From NCBI GenBank assembly GCA_964016885.1, contig OZ024742.1, positions 330,956,001 through 331,020,000 of the forward strand: a DNA stretch of 64,000 bases. Direction: 5' to 3'. Below, one piece after another: positions 26,201-41,384 of this stretch (position 1 is its first letter; each line of letters opens with the position of its first letter). This DNA is from Eledone cirrhosa (taxonomy: Eukaryota). A program made the position numbers and the translations under genes. The notes beneath the pieces are model-generated. The model made no database searches and was not told the DNA's origin. It saw only the letters and a program-made list of their open reading frames with translations.

Positions 26201-27444
26201 GAAACTGATTTCAATACACACCAATTGCAAGCAAACATAAAGGACATTCTGCCAACATTGAATCCTGAGCAACTGGTTATTTTTCACAAAGTAATCACCT
26301 CTGTAAATGAAAATGAAGGCAGATTGTTCTGCTTGAATGCAAATGCAGGCACAGGAAAGACCTATGTCATAAACATCCTATTGGATTACCTCCGATCTAA
26401 AAAAAGAATTGCACTTGCCACTACTATAACTGGAATAGCAGCCACGTTGCTTAACAAACGTAGAACTCTTCATTCTAAGTGCAAGATTCCTCTCAATGTG
26501 ACTGCTGAATCAACTTGCTTCTTCACAAAGAGGGATGTCACAGGTAAACATATGCAGCAAGCTGAAATGCTAATGATTGATAAGATAGGTATGGGATATA
26601 AGCATATCTTTGAATGCCTTGACAGGAGAAATCTGGATCCTCTAAACGGGCATTGCAATGGTACACGCTACATCATCATCAGTTTACATATTCATGTAAT
26701 TGAAGATGAATTAGAATCGGGTCCGAATGCTGGAACAAGGGTGCTAATACCAAGGATACGCATGTATCTCAAGAGCTTGAGTTCCCTTTCACCTTTAGTC
26801 GCAAACAATTTCCTGCCAAACCAGCCTTTGCCCTTACATGCAACAAGTCACAAGGGCAGACATTTGAAAAGATAGGTTTATATCTAGCAACACAATTCTT
26901 CTCACATGGTCAAATGTATGTTTTATTATCACGAGTTACGAAAAAAGAAAATATAAACCTATTTTATGAAAGGGGTCTATTTGCTGACAACTGTGTCTAC
27001 ACAGAAATTCTACAGTGATGTGAAACCGCTATCACTCTCTTTTAGCTGAAATACCTTTCGGTTTCCTTTTAATTACTAGAAAAATGGACACTACAAAAAA
27101 CTTAAGAAGTCTATATGTGAATACAGTCAAACCACAATATAGCGAAGGTCAACTCTTCATATTGGTAAATGTACTTCATTATTCATACCAGGAGCATCTG
27201 TCTTACATTCACTGCTTGAAGCTTCCCATCGACATTCTCAAGTGAAGATTCGTGAACATTTTCCGTCAACAGTTCCATCGCTTTTCCATCTCCAGTATCG
27301 TCTTTTATTATAGAATTAAGTGTTGAGTTTATGTACATATTGTCAATTTACGTATCATATCTGTGTGCATATATATTTGCGTACATCAATATGCACATTA
27401 TATATACCAGGAAAAAACCGCCCCAATGGCGTTTCTTCTGCTAG
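23225..27444 (+). mobile_element. Decayed autonomous-type Helitron (Rep/Helicase pseudogene)
   Basis: C..CC zinc region, YDPLHYVLLFP, Rep motifs FITVTTNPDW / EWGKRCLTHAHIL (HUH) / YLYKYITKG, Walker A AGTGKT, NKSQGQT, FSHGQ; 3' hairpin plus CTAG|T at 27441-27445; 5' end uncertain. Confidence 0.92.
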
Positions 27445-27749
27445 TCACATCTAATTACATTAGCATATTCGCACATGGATAGAACAATTAGTTTGTAAAT
27501 CACATGAAATATGTTTGTATCAATGTATTACTAATGTAATTTGAATTGTAATTATTGTAACTTCAGATTTAAAAAGAACACCTCCAAGATAAATAGAAGA
27601 AATAGTCGTTCTGGAACTGAAGCTGTCAGAAAATAATAAGATGTTCGAATATTACGTGTGCGAAATTTGAAAATGCTAAATGAAATATAAGATAGTTATC
27701 ACACATACAACAAAGCAAAGACACTCAACCAGTTAATGAAAATATAAGT

Positions 27750-27932
27750 AATGGTTTCTACATTTGGCACAAGGCCAGCAATTACCCCAGTGCATTACTG
27801 GTACTTTATGTTATCGACCCCATAAGGATGAAAGGCAAAGTTAACCCTGGTGGGATTTGAACTCAGAACGGAAAGGGCCGGCACTCTTTCCGTCAAATCA
27901 TAGCGTCCGACCCTCTACCGATACTGCCAATG
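27750..27932 (-). mobile_element. Near full-length tRNA-derived SINE
   Basis: TGGCAGTATCGG (A box), GAGTTCAAATCC (B box), core and 3' tail ..GGCCTTGTGCC..GTAGAAACCATT. Confidence 0.88.
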
Positions 27933-29231
27933 GAGGAAAGGTCATATCTAGCCATTTATCGCGGAATTAGCTGACGTAACCAAGAAAGGAAAGAGAAGCA
28001 TTTACACAATACTGAATGCACACAAAACCCAGTAAAGTGAAGTATAATTAATTGGCGAAATGATATCTATACCAAAATGATAACGATGAGAAGCTATGAA
28101 GAGAATCAGAGAAAGGGGTGAGATGAATATGTCAGCGGAATATTAATTTAAAAGACAATTACTTAATATAACTTTATAACGTGAAGCACTATAATTTAAC
28201 TAATATTACAACATATACAGTGGGTGTGGGGATAAAATATCCTTCATTGTTCTGCTTTGGGTTGTGTTTTAAGTCAGCAGTAATAGGAAATACTCATGAT
28301 ACATCTTTGTCTATGTGTGTACTGTACATCCGTCAATTTCAACAACAAATGTTCCAGTCGTTTGGTCAATGGAACAGCTAATTCCGAAAGTAGTTGAGCA
28401 TATGCCATATGTATATGCATTGGCTTAATTCTCATGGATTCTCGATATGAAACAGTGTTTGAAGACAAGTACTACTCATTTACTTCACGCCGAATGCATT
28501 AGAGTAACATGCAATAAAGCATCTTACGTAAGAACACAATTCTCACGTAGGAATCAATCTCTCGAACTTATGATTATAGAACAAACACTTAAAGCATGAC
28601 GTCAGAAACGTTTCCATTAATAATATAAAATTGTGCCAGATGTCCATCGTACTCTTCTTCCTCAATATTCCTATTTATGTTAGAGTTTTCAAACCTGTGT
28701 ATTTTAAAGTATAATTTAAAGAGATTTTTTCTATATAGATGGTTTTGTCCCACGCGGTTAATCCACCCATACATTTCCTCCCATAGAAATAGATTTGAGT
28801 CAAATTGTCTTAAATATGGGCCAGATAATCGCAATCTATTCATGATTTGCGGTTGTTCGCGCGGATGGTTGTGAAATTATTCACTTTCACTTCGGCTTTC
28901 AAGAGGGGATTGCCACGGTGTGGCTCAGTAAGAATGAAGAAATTAATGTGGTGTGGATGGAAACCAAACCAATCCTCACATATATATAAGAATGCTTTAT
29001 AGTATTCGTCGCACCTCACTGCGCGCTCTGATTTCAAACCCCGCCGACGTCAACTTTGGCTTTCGACATGTTGTGGTCGATAAAAACATGTACCAGTTCA
29101 TTACTGGGTTTGATTTTCCTCATTAGAAAAAATTGGAGAGGGTTGGTTGGGCTCCGCCAGGATTATAAGTGCCCTGGCCACGCCGCATGACGGTGTCTCT
29201 ACGATTCCACAAGGAATTATGGGATCTTTAT

Positions 29232-29307
<76 letters not shown>

Positions 29308-30035
29308 GAAGTTCTATTTAAATTGTTGGGATACAACAAGCAAAGATTTTTAAAATTGATATAAAGCACTCAACAAATTATTGGAGTAAAAAAAAAAAAT
29401 ATATATATATATAGAGAGAGAAAGAGAATTAATATATCTACCAACATATATATACAGATGCGTACCTATGCTAGCAAATATATAGGTTTTGTCTTAGTAA
29501 CTTTGTGGTTCAATGCAAGGGGATGCCGAACAATTATATGAAAGACATAAAATAAGAAAATTAAAAAAATTAACTTACTAAAATTTCACTCCAACTAATT
29601 AGTTTCTGAAAAGGAATAAACATGGTTTCCAAATGGAAAGCATGGAGAAGCCGTTTCCTCATCAGGAAGTCTGTTCTCAGCTAAGTTACCAGGCGATGCG
29701 TGGACACAGGGAACTTATACAAAAATAATTCAGTGGATGGAAAAAAGCAAGCGTGTACTAAATTCCAAGACATTGAAAAAATCAATGCCTACTTGGTCGG
29801 TGTCAAATTTTCTTATATATATATTTTGAGTTTATGTTGGTTGTATACCAACACCTCAGTATGCAGGCTGGAGCACTCGACGAAGTGCGCAGGTTGGTTT
29901 GGTTACTCCAGTTACTCCATATGACTCCAGTTCCCCAGTGAATTAACAACCCAGCAAGGAACTGGGCATATCAGAGTATTGACAATATCATACACCTAAA
30001 CAACATATGTACTTGTCTATACCATACTAATTCAA

Positions 30036-30071
30036 ACTGCCTGAAGAGGTCACTGAAATATATATAGCAGT
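30036..30071 (+). ncRNA. Minimal type I hammerhead motif (PLE terminal region 29810-30120)
   Basis: ACUGC-CUGAAGA-GGUCACU-GAAA-UAUAUA-UA-GCAGU; homologue at 39113-39167 (-) lies downstream of a GIY-YIG ORF. Confidence 0.65.
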
Positions 30072-30115
30072 AATAAACGAAGCTAAATTTTAATCATTTG
30101 ACTTTTATTTAACTT

Positions 30116-30176
<61 letters not shown>

Positions 30177-30181
30177 CATAT

Positions 30182-30652
30182 AAAGATATTAGGATATTTG
30201 AAATTTAAAATATAAACGAAGCCGACAATTGACATGTTAAATTATTTCAAACAGAATTAAACAAACAGAAAAATAAAATACATTTTGCGCTTTATCCTCC
30301 CTGTACTTTCTTAAATTAGTGCATTAACAAATTACTTCACTTCTTCCCACCTGTTTTTTTTTACCTTATGTTTCTGTACTTTCAATATATATATATATAT
30401 ATATAATATTTTCAGGAGATCATGCATTATGAGAAGATTAAAAGTATAGAAATATATGGTAAAGAAAAAACAGATGGGAAGAAATGAAATAATTTGTTCA
30501 TGCCATAATTCTGAGTAAAATTTAAGAAAGTAGAGCGATAATAAGGCGCAAAGAGTATTTTGCTTTTCGGTTTCTTTAATTATGGTTGAAATAATTTAAC
30601 ATGTAAATTGTCGACTTCGGTTATGTTTTAATTTTCAAATATCTTAATATTT
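30182..30652. repeat. Diverged foldback, ~200-bp arms
   Basis: 30182-30388 is the approximate reverse complement of 30438-30652. Confidence 0.8.
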
Positions 30653-30791
30653 GCCAGTCGAGGTTCTTTCGAATATATATTTCTTCTATAAGTTTTGGAT
30701 GTAATGATAAAATAAAAGAATAATAATCGTGAAACAAGGGGTGGTATGACATGATATGAGCATGTGTGCGGGTGTTTTTCTCTGTATGTAG

Positions 30792-30839
<48 letters not shown>

Positions 30840-30853
30840 TTTTAATTAAGATG

Positions 30854-30904
30854 AGATTCTACAGGACTAGAACTGTTTCATTCTTTAGAAATCATCAGGA
30901 ATCT
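30854..30904 (-). ncRNA. Type I hammerhead motif
   Basis: AGAUUC-CUGAUGA-U-UUC-uaaa-GAA-U-GAAA-CAG-uucuaguc-CUG-UA-GAAUCU. Confidence 0.75.
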
Positions 30905-30972
30905 GTTATACTCTGCAATGTATTGAGTATCTTACTTACTGTGGTTACCTCCGATTCAACCCGGAATAACGT

Positions 30973-31030
<58 letters not shown>

Positions 31031-31143
31031 GATAGAAGAGTGTTGAAGTTTGCTTGAAGCATTGTGGAATAATAAAATAGGTCGTTTTGGAAGCTTCAAC
31101 AATGCGGTTGGTTAAATCTCCGGTTAACATAATTAGGTGCTAA

Positions 31144-32051
<908 letters not shown>

Positions 32052-33187
32052 GAAGGATTTAAATGGATACAGTTTGGTTAAAAGTAATTTATTGTCACGT
32101 GTTTCAATAACAGTTACATAACCTGAAAACAGCTGCTATCTACAAAGTATTAGTTATGCAAACATTCAATATTTCAATGTTATTATCAACTGTCATTTCA
32201 TGAGAATAATTTTACTGAGGACTTGTTTGGTTTTTATAGAGAATATTAGGAGGGAGGGGTGAAGTTGTTAGAAGAATAGTTGAGGGAGTGGATTTTTGAT
32301 ATCAGTGAGAATTTTTGGTGGCAGTGAGTAATTAGATTCCCATCTGTTGTTTTGACATTTTTATAGAATATATTATTGGTTATTTTTCTAAATCTATAGA
32401 AGGATTAGAGATAGTATAGATATGCATGGTTGGTTTTGTGTTTGCACTTAATTAACATTTAGACTTAAATTTTTCTTTCAAGTGTACGTATCTTTTCGCC
32501 CACGCATTCACCCACAAACATATATGCACACCTCTACAAAATACATATACTCACATACACATACTTACATGCTCATACTTACATACATATACACATTGAC
32601 ATATATATATATATACATATATATACATATATACATGTACATACATACGCATTCTTGTGTATACAATTTCATACTCAACTTATCTTTATATACACACGTA
32701 TAGACACACACATACATACATACTCCAGTCTATGTGTATATATATATATAAACACTTTAATACATGAATACACTTACATCTAACTATACACATCAAACAT
32801 ATATATATATTTACTTATTTATATACATTTTCACATATATATACATACATATGGTCGCTTTTAGACACATTCATTATAGCATACTCGTACCTATTCTCAT
32901 CAGCATATCTTTCCATTAGTAGTGTGTTAATTTAAGGTTATTAATATATATATGTTGAGAAGAGATTGTTTTCATATTTTTCTAACTAGATTGAGGTTTA
33001 TATAGTTGGGGGGATGTCCCTCTTTTATGTAATATTCAGCTTGTAGTGGGAAAAAAGGGTTTTAGTTGGGTGACGGCAGAATAATGTTCGTTCAATTCTG
33101 TTATTAAGCAATTTCTTCTTGTGTGTGATTACGTGAGCTGTCCATCTACTGTGTGTAACATTTATATTACAACACTACGGAAAATAC

Positions 33188-33244
<57 letters not shown>

Positions 33245-34581
33245 ATATGATTACAACGGGCTTCACCAAATTTGAATCACCAATTTTAGTAGAAAACGCA
33301 TGCTTAACTTTCCGTGCAGCGCAGTGAGACAACATAACATTTGTGGTGATGCGAACTCTAACAATACGGCCATAATTGCACACATTTAATGATTATCCGT
33401 TATAATTTCCCGAGTAACTTCCACCATTTGGATTATGCATTCCATATAGTGCAGAATTACCGCAATAAATAGAGAGAAATGTCCAAAGTATATTACACCA
33501 CCGTTACTTAACTGTGACCTATTGAGCTTTAAATGATAGGGTTTTTAATAACCCTCCTGATAAAACTCCAGTCTACTAAAACGTAATCTTCTTGAACATA
33601 TGATGCATCTCTCAACAGTTTCCTTAATTGAAGCTTGTAGTATTTCTTGAGATATATTGATAACGAAGACGCCTGCAGTGAATTGTAAAGACGCAGAATA
33701 TATGTAGGTAATTGGATACTGTTATTCGAGTAGATATGATTTCAATGCCACAAAAATATTTAAAATATGTTGCCAAAAAATGTGTTTGACTAAAGCTCCA
33801 TCAAAGGAAGGTGTGAGGCTTAATAAATAAATTGTTTAATTATGAAATACTGTTTGCTATTCTAACCGCAAGGATGTGTCATGGAAAAGGGAATTTAAAT
33901 AGAAGCTGTTCCAGTCAACAAGGTTGGGAAAGTTAGTTGTACTTGTGATGCACAGTCCCAGTCTTACATAATCTGTCAGGTTTAATATCTCCCCGATATG
34001 TTAACGTTTCTATGAAATACTTAACTATCTAAAATTTCATTTCTTTACGGCTGTGTTGATAACAATTACTGGTCTTTCAAGCATGGGGTGAATTCAGTTC
34101 CAGAATACATATTTCATTATTGAAATATCATTAAAACTAAATAACAGGAATTAATAGATGATAGGAAAATATATATTTATGAGAAACAAAATGCAAATAT
34201 AGGCATCTTCAGCTAACATAAATATTGTTGCATATTTTATTTTTATATTTCATAATAGACATCAGTGCTGTAAACTATACGGTTATCGAGTACGAATAAA
34301 TGTTAATCCCATGCTCAATCCATAATGCAGCAGAAGGTATATTGTATTCCTGATCAAGGCATTTAACTGAACGTGGCATACATATTCATGGGAGGACTAG
34401 AATTGGAATCATGAAATTAGCAGCTAAACATTTTACATTTTGTATTCCCGAGTGGTAAGACATGTTTAAGACACGCATTGCTTCGAACAATTAGAAAATA
34501 AATTTGTAAATAACTTATGCATACATATGTGTATGTGTTTGCGTTGACATATATATGAATGTATGTATATATGAATGTATG

Positions 34582-34620
<39 letters not shown>

Positions 34621-34622
34621 GG

Positions 34623-34673
34623 AGCTTCTACAGGACTAGTACTGTTTCATTCAGATGAAATCTTCAGGAAGCT
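34623..34673 (-). ncRNA. Type I hammerhead motif (left-arm copy)
   Basis: Reverse complement of 35970-36020. Confidence 0.75.
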
Positions 34674-35308
34674 GGGTGTCATATTAAGTTCTGGTATTTA
34701 TACATTTAGGGAGGGGTGGTGGAAGGGGGGGGGGGGGGGTTAGGTACACAGGACCACTTCATGGCACAGGCCGTTTTTTCTTTGGGGAGTGGTCAATTAG
34801 CCAGAGTGCTTTTTTGAAATAAATAAATAAGTAAATAAATAAATAAATGATTACATAGATAAAAGAATAAATAAATAAAATAAATAAAAAAATAAATAAA
34901 AATAAATAAATAAAAACCACAAGAATAATAATTCAACAGATATATAGTAGGGAAATTTAGGTGGGTTGGTAATAGAAATGTGTGTGTGTGTATGTATGTG
35001 TATGTATGTGTGTGTATATGTATGTATCTGTATGTATAGTATAGTTTACACGAGAGAGACATACGTACATGTAGGTGTGTATATATATATATATATAAAT
35101 ATGTATACATATATGTATATATATATATATATGTATGTGTATGCGCACGTGTGTATGTGTAGATATATATGTGTGTGTATGTGTATCCGTGTGTGTGTGT
35201 ATATTTGTGTGTTTGGGTTTTCCTTGTGTATATATGTATATATGTGTATGTACGTATGTGTGTGTGTGTATGTGTATGTGTGTGTATGTGTATACGCACA
35301 CATATGTA

Positions 35309-35355
<47 letters not shown>

Positions 35356-35382
35356 GTATATGTGTGTGAATGTGTAGGTGTG

Positions 35383-35442
<60 letters not shown>

Positions 35443-35969
35443 TATATAGGTATATATATGTGTGTGTAAGTGTTTAAATATGTGTGTGTATATATATGTG
35501 TGTGTAAGTGTTTTTGTATGTGGTTGTGAGTATGTACATATATTTTATTCTTTCCATCCTACAAAAACACTCTGGCCACCTATGGCTTGTATGTTAACTT
35601 GACCACTCACCCCAGTCTGTGCCATGATTCGGTCTTGTTAAATGTTTAATTTCTATTACCAACCCACCTAAATTGCCCTACTATATATCTGTTGAATTAC
35701 TATTCTTGGGGGTTTTTATTTATTTATTTTTATTTATTTTTTTATTTATTTTATTTATTTATTCTTTTATCTATTTAATCATTTATTTATTTATTTACTT
35801 ATTTATTCATTTCAAAAAAGCACTCTGGTTAATTGACCACTCCCCAAAGAAAAAAACGGCCTGTGCCATGAAGTGGTCCTGTGTACCTAACAAACAATCC
35901 CCCCCCCTTCCACCACCCCTCCCTTACTACTACCTAAATGTATAAATACCAGAACTTAATATGACACCC

Positions 35970-36020
35970 AGCTTCCTGAAGATTTCATCTGAATGAAACA
36001 GTACTAGTCCTGTAGAAGCT
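35970..36020 (+). ncRNA. Type I hammerhead motif (right-arm copy)
   Basis: AGCUUC-CUGAAGA-U-UUC-aucu-GAA-U-GAAA-CAG-uacuaguc-CUG-UA-GAAGCU. Confidence 0.75.
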
Positions 36021-36106
36021 CCTTCTATAAAATAAAAAAAATTTACACTGCCATATATTTAGTACCTTACTTACTGTGGTTATCCCCGACTCAACCCGGG
36101 ACCTAC

Positions 36107-36154
<48 letters not shown>

Positions 36155-36367
36155 GTTTATATTTATATTTATATATATATTTATATATATATATATATAG
36201 TATTAGTAATAAATTTGAAGACTAATATCCAAAGAGGGCTCCATAAGGATAACTATATATAAAATATATAAGAACCCAAGGGTAAATATTTATTAAAATA
36301 ACAGATTAAAGATTAAGCAAGGAATCGCTGCTTTCACCCTTTAATCTTTAATCTGTTAATTTTATAA

Positions 36368-36440
<73 letters not shown>

Positions 36441-37349
36441 TATAGATATATATATGCTAGATTGATTTTAATACGGTAAATAGAATCAATAATAAAGCAG
36501 ATGATCGTTCACATTCCTTTTGAAATATTTACTATATCCACGATACTCTGTAATTTCCCTGTCGCCTCACATTTATGGGAAACTTGCTGGAATATTTATG
36601 TAATCACCGGCGTTGTTTCCGATACACTTAAAACCAAGATGAAGGCCCGTACTTAATATTTACATTTTCCGTTATTGATTTAATCGACTTCCCCTTCCCC
36701 ACAAATTGCTGGCCTTGCGTCTATATAAAAAACCATTATTATTAAGAAAATTATTATTATTGCTTCGTGACTCAACAAAATGACTTAAATCACTCTGTAA
36801 GTTTGTTCTGTGTCCACACTGCTATTAAATCAATCTTATTAAACATTTGATACTGTAATTAAATTAATCAGTATTTCCGTGAGCTGGTTAGTTTATCTCA
36901 AACTATAGCAATTGGGGGTAAACCTGTGTTTGTTTTTCAAAGATGTCATTCAATTTAACAGCTGGATGTCAGTACAATGAGACGGCCAAAATTCCAGAAA
37001 CAATGACATCAACAGCGGCAACAAAAACAACAACAGTGACATTAGCAACACTAACAATAACAACTATAGGAGACATTAATTTCTCGCTTATCTGGCTTGA
37101 TGTAGAGGAGTGTGGTATCGCTTTTATTTGAAAAATAGGTTACGTACATAAATTCATATCGTAAAATTTAAATATTTGGCCTAAAGGACCCAACATTATA
37201 GTATCTCCATTATTCAGGTAAAGTCAGATGCCTTATTTGTAATTAAAAAAAACAACGATTTAAATATGTGAAATTAACAAACTTAAGGGAGCTTACAATA
37301 TCATCTCTGTAAAAAAATAATACAAAATAATAATGGTAATAATAAGAAT

Positions 37350-37722
37350 AATTATTTCTACATTTGGAATAAGGCCAGCAATTATCCCAGTGTATTATGG
37401 TGCATTATTTTATCGACCCTGTAAGGATGAAAGGCAAAGTGAACCTCGGCGAGATTTGAACTCCGGCCATAAAGAGCCGTAACTCTTTTCTGAAAATCAT
37501 GGTGTCCGACCCTTTACCGATGAACAATGGTTTCTGGTTTAGGCACAGGCCCAACAATTTGAGAGTAATTCCATTTAATCGAGCCCAGTGCATTACTGGT
37601 AATTTAATTGATCGACCCCGTAAGGATGTAATGCAACGGTGCCCTCAGCGGGATTTGAACTCAGACCATATGGGGTCGTAACATTTTTCTGCAAATCATG
37701 GCGTCTAACCCATTACCGACAA
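37350..37722 (-). mobile_element. Two tandem tRNA-derived SINE copies
   Basis: Core and B box (GAGTTCAAATC) present twice, ~37350-37522 and ~37525-37722. Confidence 0.8.
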
Positions 37723-38234
37723 ATAATAATAACACAGAGCAATATGGCAATATCCGTAATCAATACATTGAGGAAAGCAATAGAAGAGATAATATGAAAC
37801 CAAGCAGATTGTCTGGACATTATTCAATTGCACGCACTTTCGAAGCTAACTAGATATTTATTGGTAAAATAAGAGGAAAATATTATTTCTGATGCATGAA
37901 TATGTTCTTTCTCTGATCGGAGGTGCTGAAAGATGATCTCAAAATGTTGATTCTCACTGAGGAGTTGACGAAGGAAATGGACGAAAGTAGAGATGCTGTG
38001 CTGAAAAGAACCCATCCACTCCATACAAATGTGGCAAAATGCACTGTTGTAGCACATACATGACTTTTATTGATATAGCACAATAGTTTCAATATCGATC
38101 AGCTCAGTGCATTGACATAAAAAAGTGGTCTGATTCTTCCTCAGCATCTTTTCAGCTATGCCATTGTCTATACGCAAAGATAATACACACACATAGACAC
38201 ACAGACAGACACACACACACATACACACATACAC

Positions 38235-38314
<80 letters not shown>

Positions 38315-38440
38315 AGGAGGTGAGTTTCATTGTAGTACAATAAAGCAATGCAGATATTGGATAAGAAGCACTCTACAGTTTGTAGGACTGGAGTATACAT
38401 AATATATAAGAACAAAATATGGTTAAAAGAGTTCCATGTA

Positions 38441-38507
38441 TTTTATTATGCGCATTTCAAAAACAAATATCATCATGCAATAATATTTGTGTTTTCATCA
38501 GATAAAA
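38441..38507 (-). ncRNA. Type I hammerhead motif (left arm of palindrome)
   Basis: Reverse complement of 38640-38706. Confidence 0.78.
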
Positions 38508-38639
38508 CAGGAAGACATGATATGAAGGTTAAAAAACACTTGTGGATAGTGCAGTTTTAAATCAACATATATGTGGATATGTTGATTTAAAACTACACTA
38601 TCCACAAGTGTTTTTTAACCTTCATATCATGTCTTCCTG

Positions 38640-38706
38640 TTTTATCTGATGAAAACACAAATATTATTGCATGATGATATTTGTTTTTGAAATGCGCATA
38701 ATAAAA
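38640..38706 (+). ncRNA. Type I hammerhead motif (right arm of palindrome)
   Basis: UUUUAU-CUGAUGA-[AAACACAAAUAUUAU..AUGAUAUUUGUUUUU]-GAAA-UGCGCA-UA-AUAAAA; palindromic stem III. Confidence 0.8.
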
Positions 38707-39059
38707 TACATGGAACTCTTTTAACCATCTTTTGTTCTTATATATTATATATATATATAAATATGGTAGAACACTGGAAGGTAATATCCGTAGCGGTAGA
38801 GCACTCAGTCCACGGGACAAATTAGGTAGGAGTGGTTACACCATGGTATATATATGTCCATTACGAGCTGAGGATCCGCTAAGGTGAAACAATTGTTCTC
38901 GGTATGGTGAACTAACTGCTGTCTAACCACTTATATATATATATATATATAGATATATATTTTGAGTATATGTTGGTTGTATACCAACACCTCAGTATTC
39001 AGATTGGAGCACTCGACGAAGTGAGTGCGCAGGTTGGTTTGGTTACTCGGGATTAATGT

Positions 39060-40880
39060 AAAATAAAATAAAATAAATAAGTCAAATGTTTAAAATTTGG
39101 CTTCATTTATTTCTGCTATATATATATCTCGGTGACAGCCATCTTTGGATGTGACCTCTTCAGGCAGTCCGAATTAGTGTGGTAGTGACAATTACAGATG
39201 TTGTTGAGGTGTTTATCTTTGTGAATACTCTGATATGCCCAGTTCCTGGTTGGGTGTTGTTTCATTGGGGAACTGGAATCATATGAATTTAAACAAACGA
39301 ATTTCAGTTTCAAAGGACATCTTATCTTCCCATTGGTCAGTTGTGAGAACATTCCTCTGTCAGAATTCTATGGCAAGGCCATCTGTGGTGGTTTTTCTTG
39401 TTATTGCTAAGTACATCTGACCTCTAATCTTATGTTGGTAGTGGTGTCGGTGTTAGAGTCAGCTCAAAAAATGATAAAGTTGTTGAAGGAATAAAGTGGT
39501 TGAGGAACCAAATAAAATAATCAAATAAAATGTGTGTGTGTTATACCCAATCTCAATGTTATAAAAATGTGTAAGCTCACTATTCCCATTGGTCAGTTTT
39601 GAGAGCATTCCTCAGTCAAAATTCTATAGAAATTCTTTCTGAGGTGAGTTTCCCTGTAGTGTTTGTTTTTGCTATTGTTAAGTACATCTGACATCTACCC
39701 TTAATTTGGTAGTGTTGTTGGTGTTTTGTTCAGCCTATGTCTTGCTGCTGCTGACATTTATCCTGGTGATGGTGTGTGTGTGTGGGGGGGGGGGGGCTTT
39801 TGCCATGTATATGAAGAAATAGAAGGCAATAGCATGAAGAAAACAGAAAATAAATAATAAATAGAAAATAAATGAAAAATTAATTAATGAAAAATGAAAG
39901 ATGAGAAATGAAAAATGAAAATGGAAATTGAAAAATTAAAAATGAAATATGAGAATGGAAAGTGGAAAATAGAAGTGAAGATTCATGTAAAATAAAATGT
40001 GTGTGTGCTATAACCAATCTCAAGGTCAGAAAGATGTTGGATAAAGTGGTAGGAGGAACAAGATGGTAAAAGAATAAAACGAAATAAGATAATTAAATAA
40101 AAAGTGTGTGTGATATAACCATTCTCAAATTAAATATAAGGCAATAAGGTGAAGAAAAGAAAACAAATGAAAAATCAATGAAAATTCAATGAAAAATCAA
40201 GTAAAATAAAATGTCTGAGTCTGTTATAAAGATGTTGGCCAAATTAGAGAGGCTGTGTCAGAATCAATATCTAGGCTATCATGGTGTCTGCTCAGCCTGG
40301 GTGGGTCCCTATGGCTTGAGGGAAGTTCCCAAACTATGGTGTTGTTACTGCCTATATAGCTTGAGGGAGGTCTGGCCGAGAGGTGTCTACATGTTCTGGA
40401 GAAGTCCCTATAGCTTGAGTTCACATCTCAGTGTGTTGTTACTGTCCATATAGCTTGAGGAAGGTCCCGGCCCTGAGGTGTCTGCATGTCCCTAAGAAAT
40501 CAGTTCTGAGGTTTATCATGCGGCTTCCACTTCTTAGTATCTCGAGGGTCTCGTTCAGACATAGTTTGCATATGCCAGATCCCTCTTTATCGGGTGGTAC
40601 CTTCCTGATTATGGACCAGGCGATAGAGTACGGGGTCCTGTCCAGCTTAAGCTTCCAGATCAGATCGGAAAGTGCCTTACTTTTCCTTTTGGCCTCCTTG
40701 TTGAAGGAATGGCGATGGTTATACCAACATTCTTTAAAGCTCGTTGATGTGGCTCCTATGTAGAGATGTTCGGAGTTGGTGGTTTTAACCCTACATCCGT
40801 ATATTAGGTTCTTCTTAAGGCATTCATTACTAAGGGGGGGGGGGCATGTTTCGGGGTTTCTGCAGTTGCAGAGGGTGGTC
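39060..40880 (-). mobile_element. 5'-truncated Penelope-like element: GIY-YIG domain, long 3' region with internal repeats and a degenerate HHR
   Basis: ORF 40439-40891 CNCR..C..C..LIY..YIG..FK..HRHSF..LS..IW..CKLCLNE..CRH; HHR at 39113-39167 with GAAA changed to GAGA. Confidence 0.88.
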
Positions 40881-40889
40881 GACCTCTGC

Positions 40890-40949
<60 letters not shown>

Positions 40950-40999
40950 GTACATACAATACGACAAAGATCAAGGTCAACAACTTAAATTCATACTCT

Positions 41000-41125
41000 A
41001 ATTTCTACGTCCGTTTCAATATAGTTACAATGGTAGATGCATACGTAAACTACTGGAAATAATTAATTAATCATCAATTATTAACACCATACATAATACG
41101 TAGAACTGCATATCTTCGGGAAATT
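41000..41125 (-). ncRNA. Degenerate hammerhead motif with long stem II
   Basis: AAUUUC-CCGAAGA-U-AUGCAGUU..AACUAUAU-U-GAAA-CGGACG-UA-GAAAUU (one core mismatch). Confidence 0.5.
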
Positions 41126-41384
41126 TTGAGAAGGAAGAAAGTTTGCAACTGCTAATGATATCAAGATTAGACTTCATATGAAAACACTGAGCATACAGCG
41201 ATCAATTACATTTTATAAAGTACATAGTTTGCCCATGGAGATATTTGACCGTCAAAATTATAGATCGAGGTACATTCTTTACGTCATTACTATTTACAAT
41301 GTCATCTTTTATTTCTCCTTATACACTTAGAGTAATACTCGTCGTAAGACTTGCTGCAGTGGAAATTATTTAAGAGGCAGCAGC

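Larger units (their letters stand above)
34614..36029. mobile_element. Non-coding element with ~365-bp near-identical inverted arms around a microsatellite core (probable PLE derivative)
   Basis: 34614-34979 is the reverse complement of 35649-36029; each arm carries an HHR. Confidence 0.8.
38399..38748. repeat. Near-perfect palindrome, 172-bp arms, 6-nt loop
   Basis: 38399-38570 vs 38577-38748, about 2 mismatches by eye. Confidence 0.92.

Noticed and set aside
28440-28600. Possible second SINE family copy on the - strand
   Set aside because: Single, very degraded instance; A and B boxes are not clear enough.
37740-38200. Coding-like stretch (ORFs 37824-38092) as a possible host exon
   Set aside because: No recognisable domain or splice context; weak resemblance to a decayed R4/Dong-like fragment after an (AAT) run, too weak to call.
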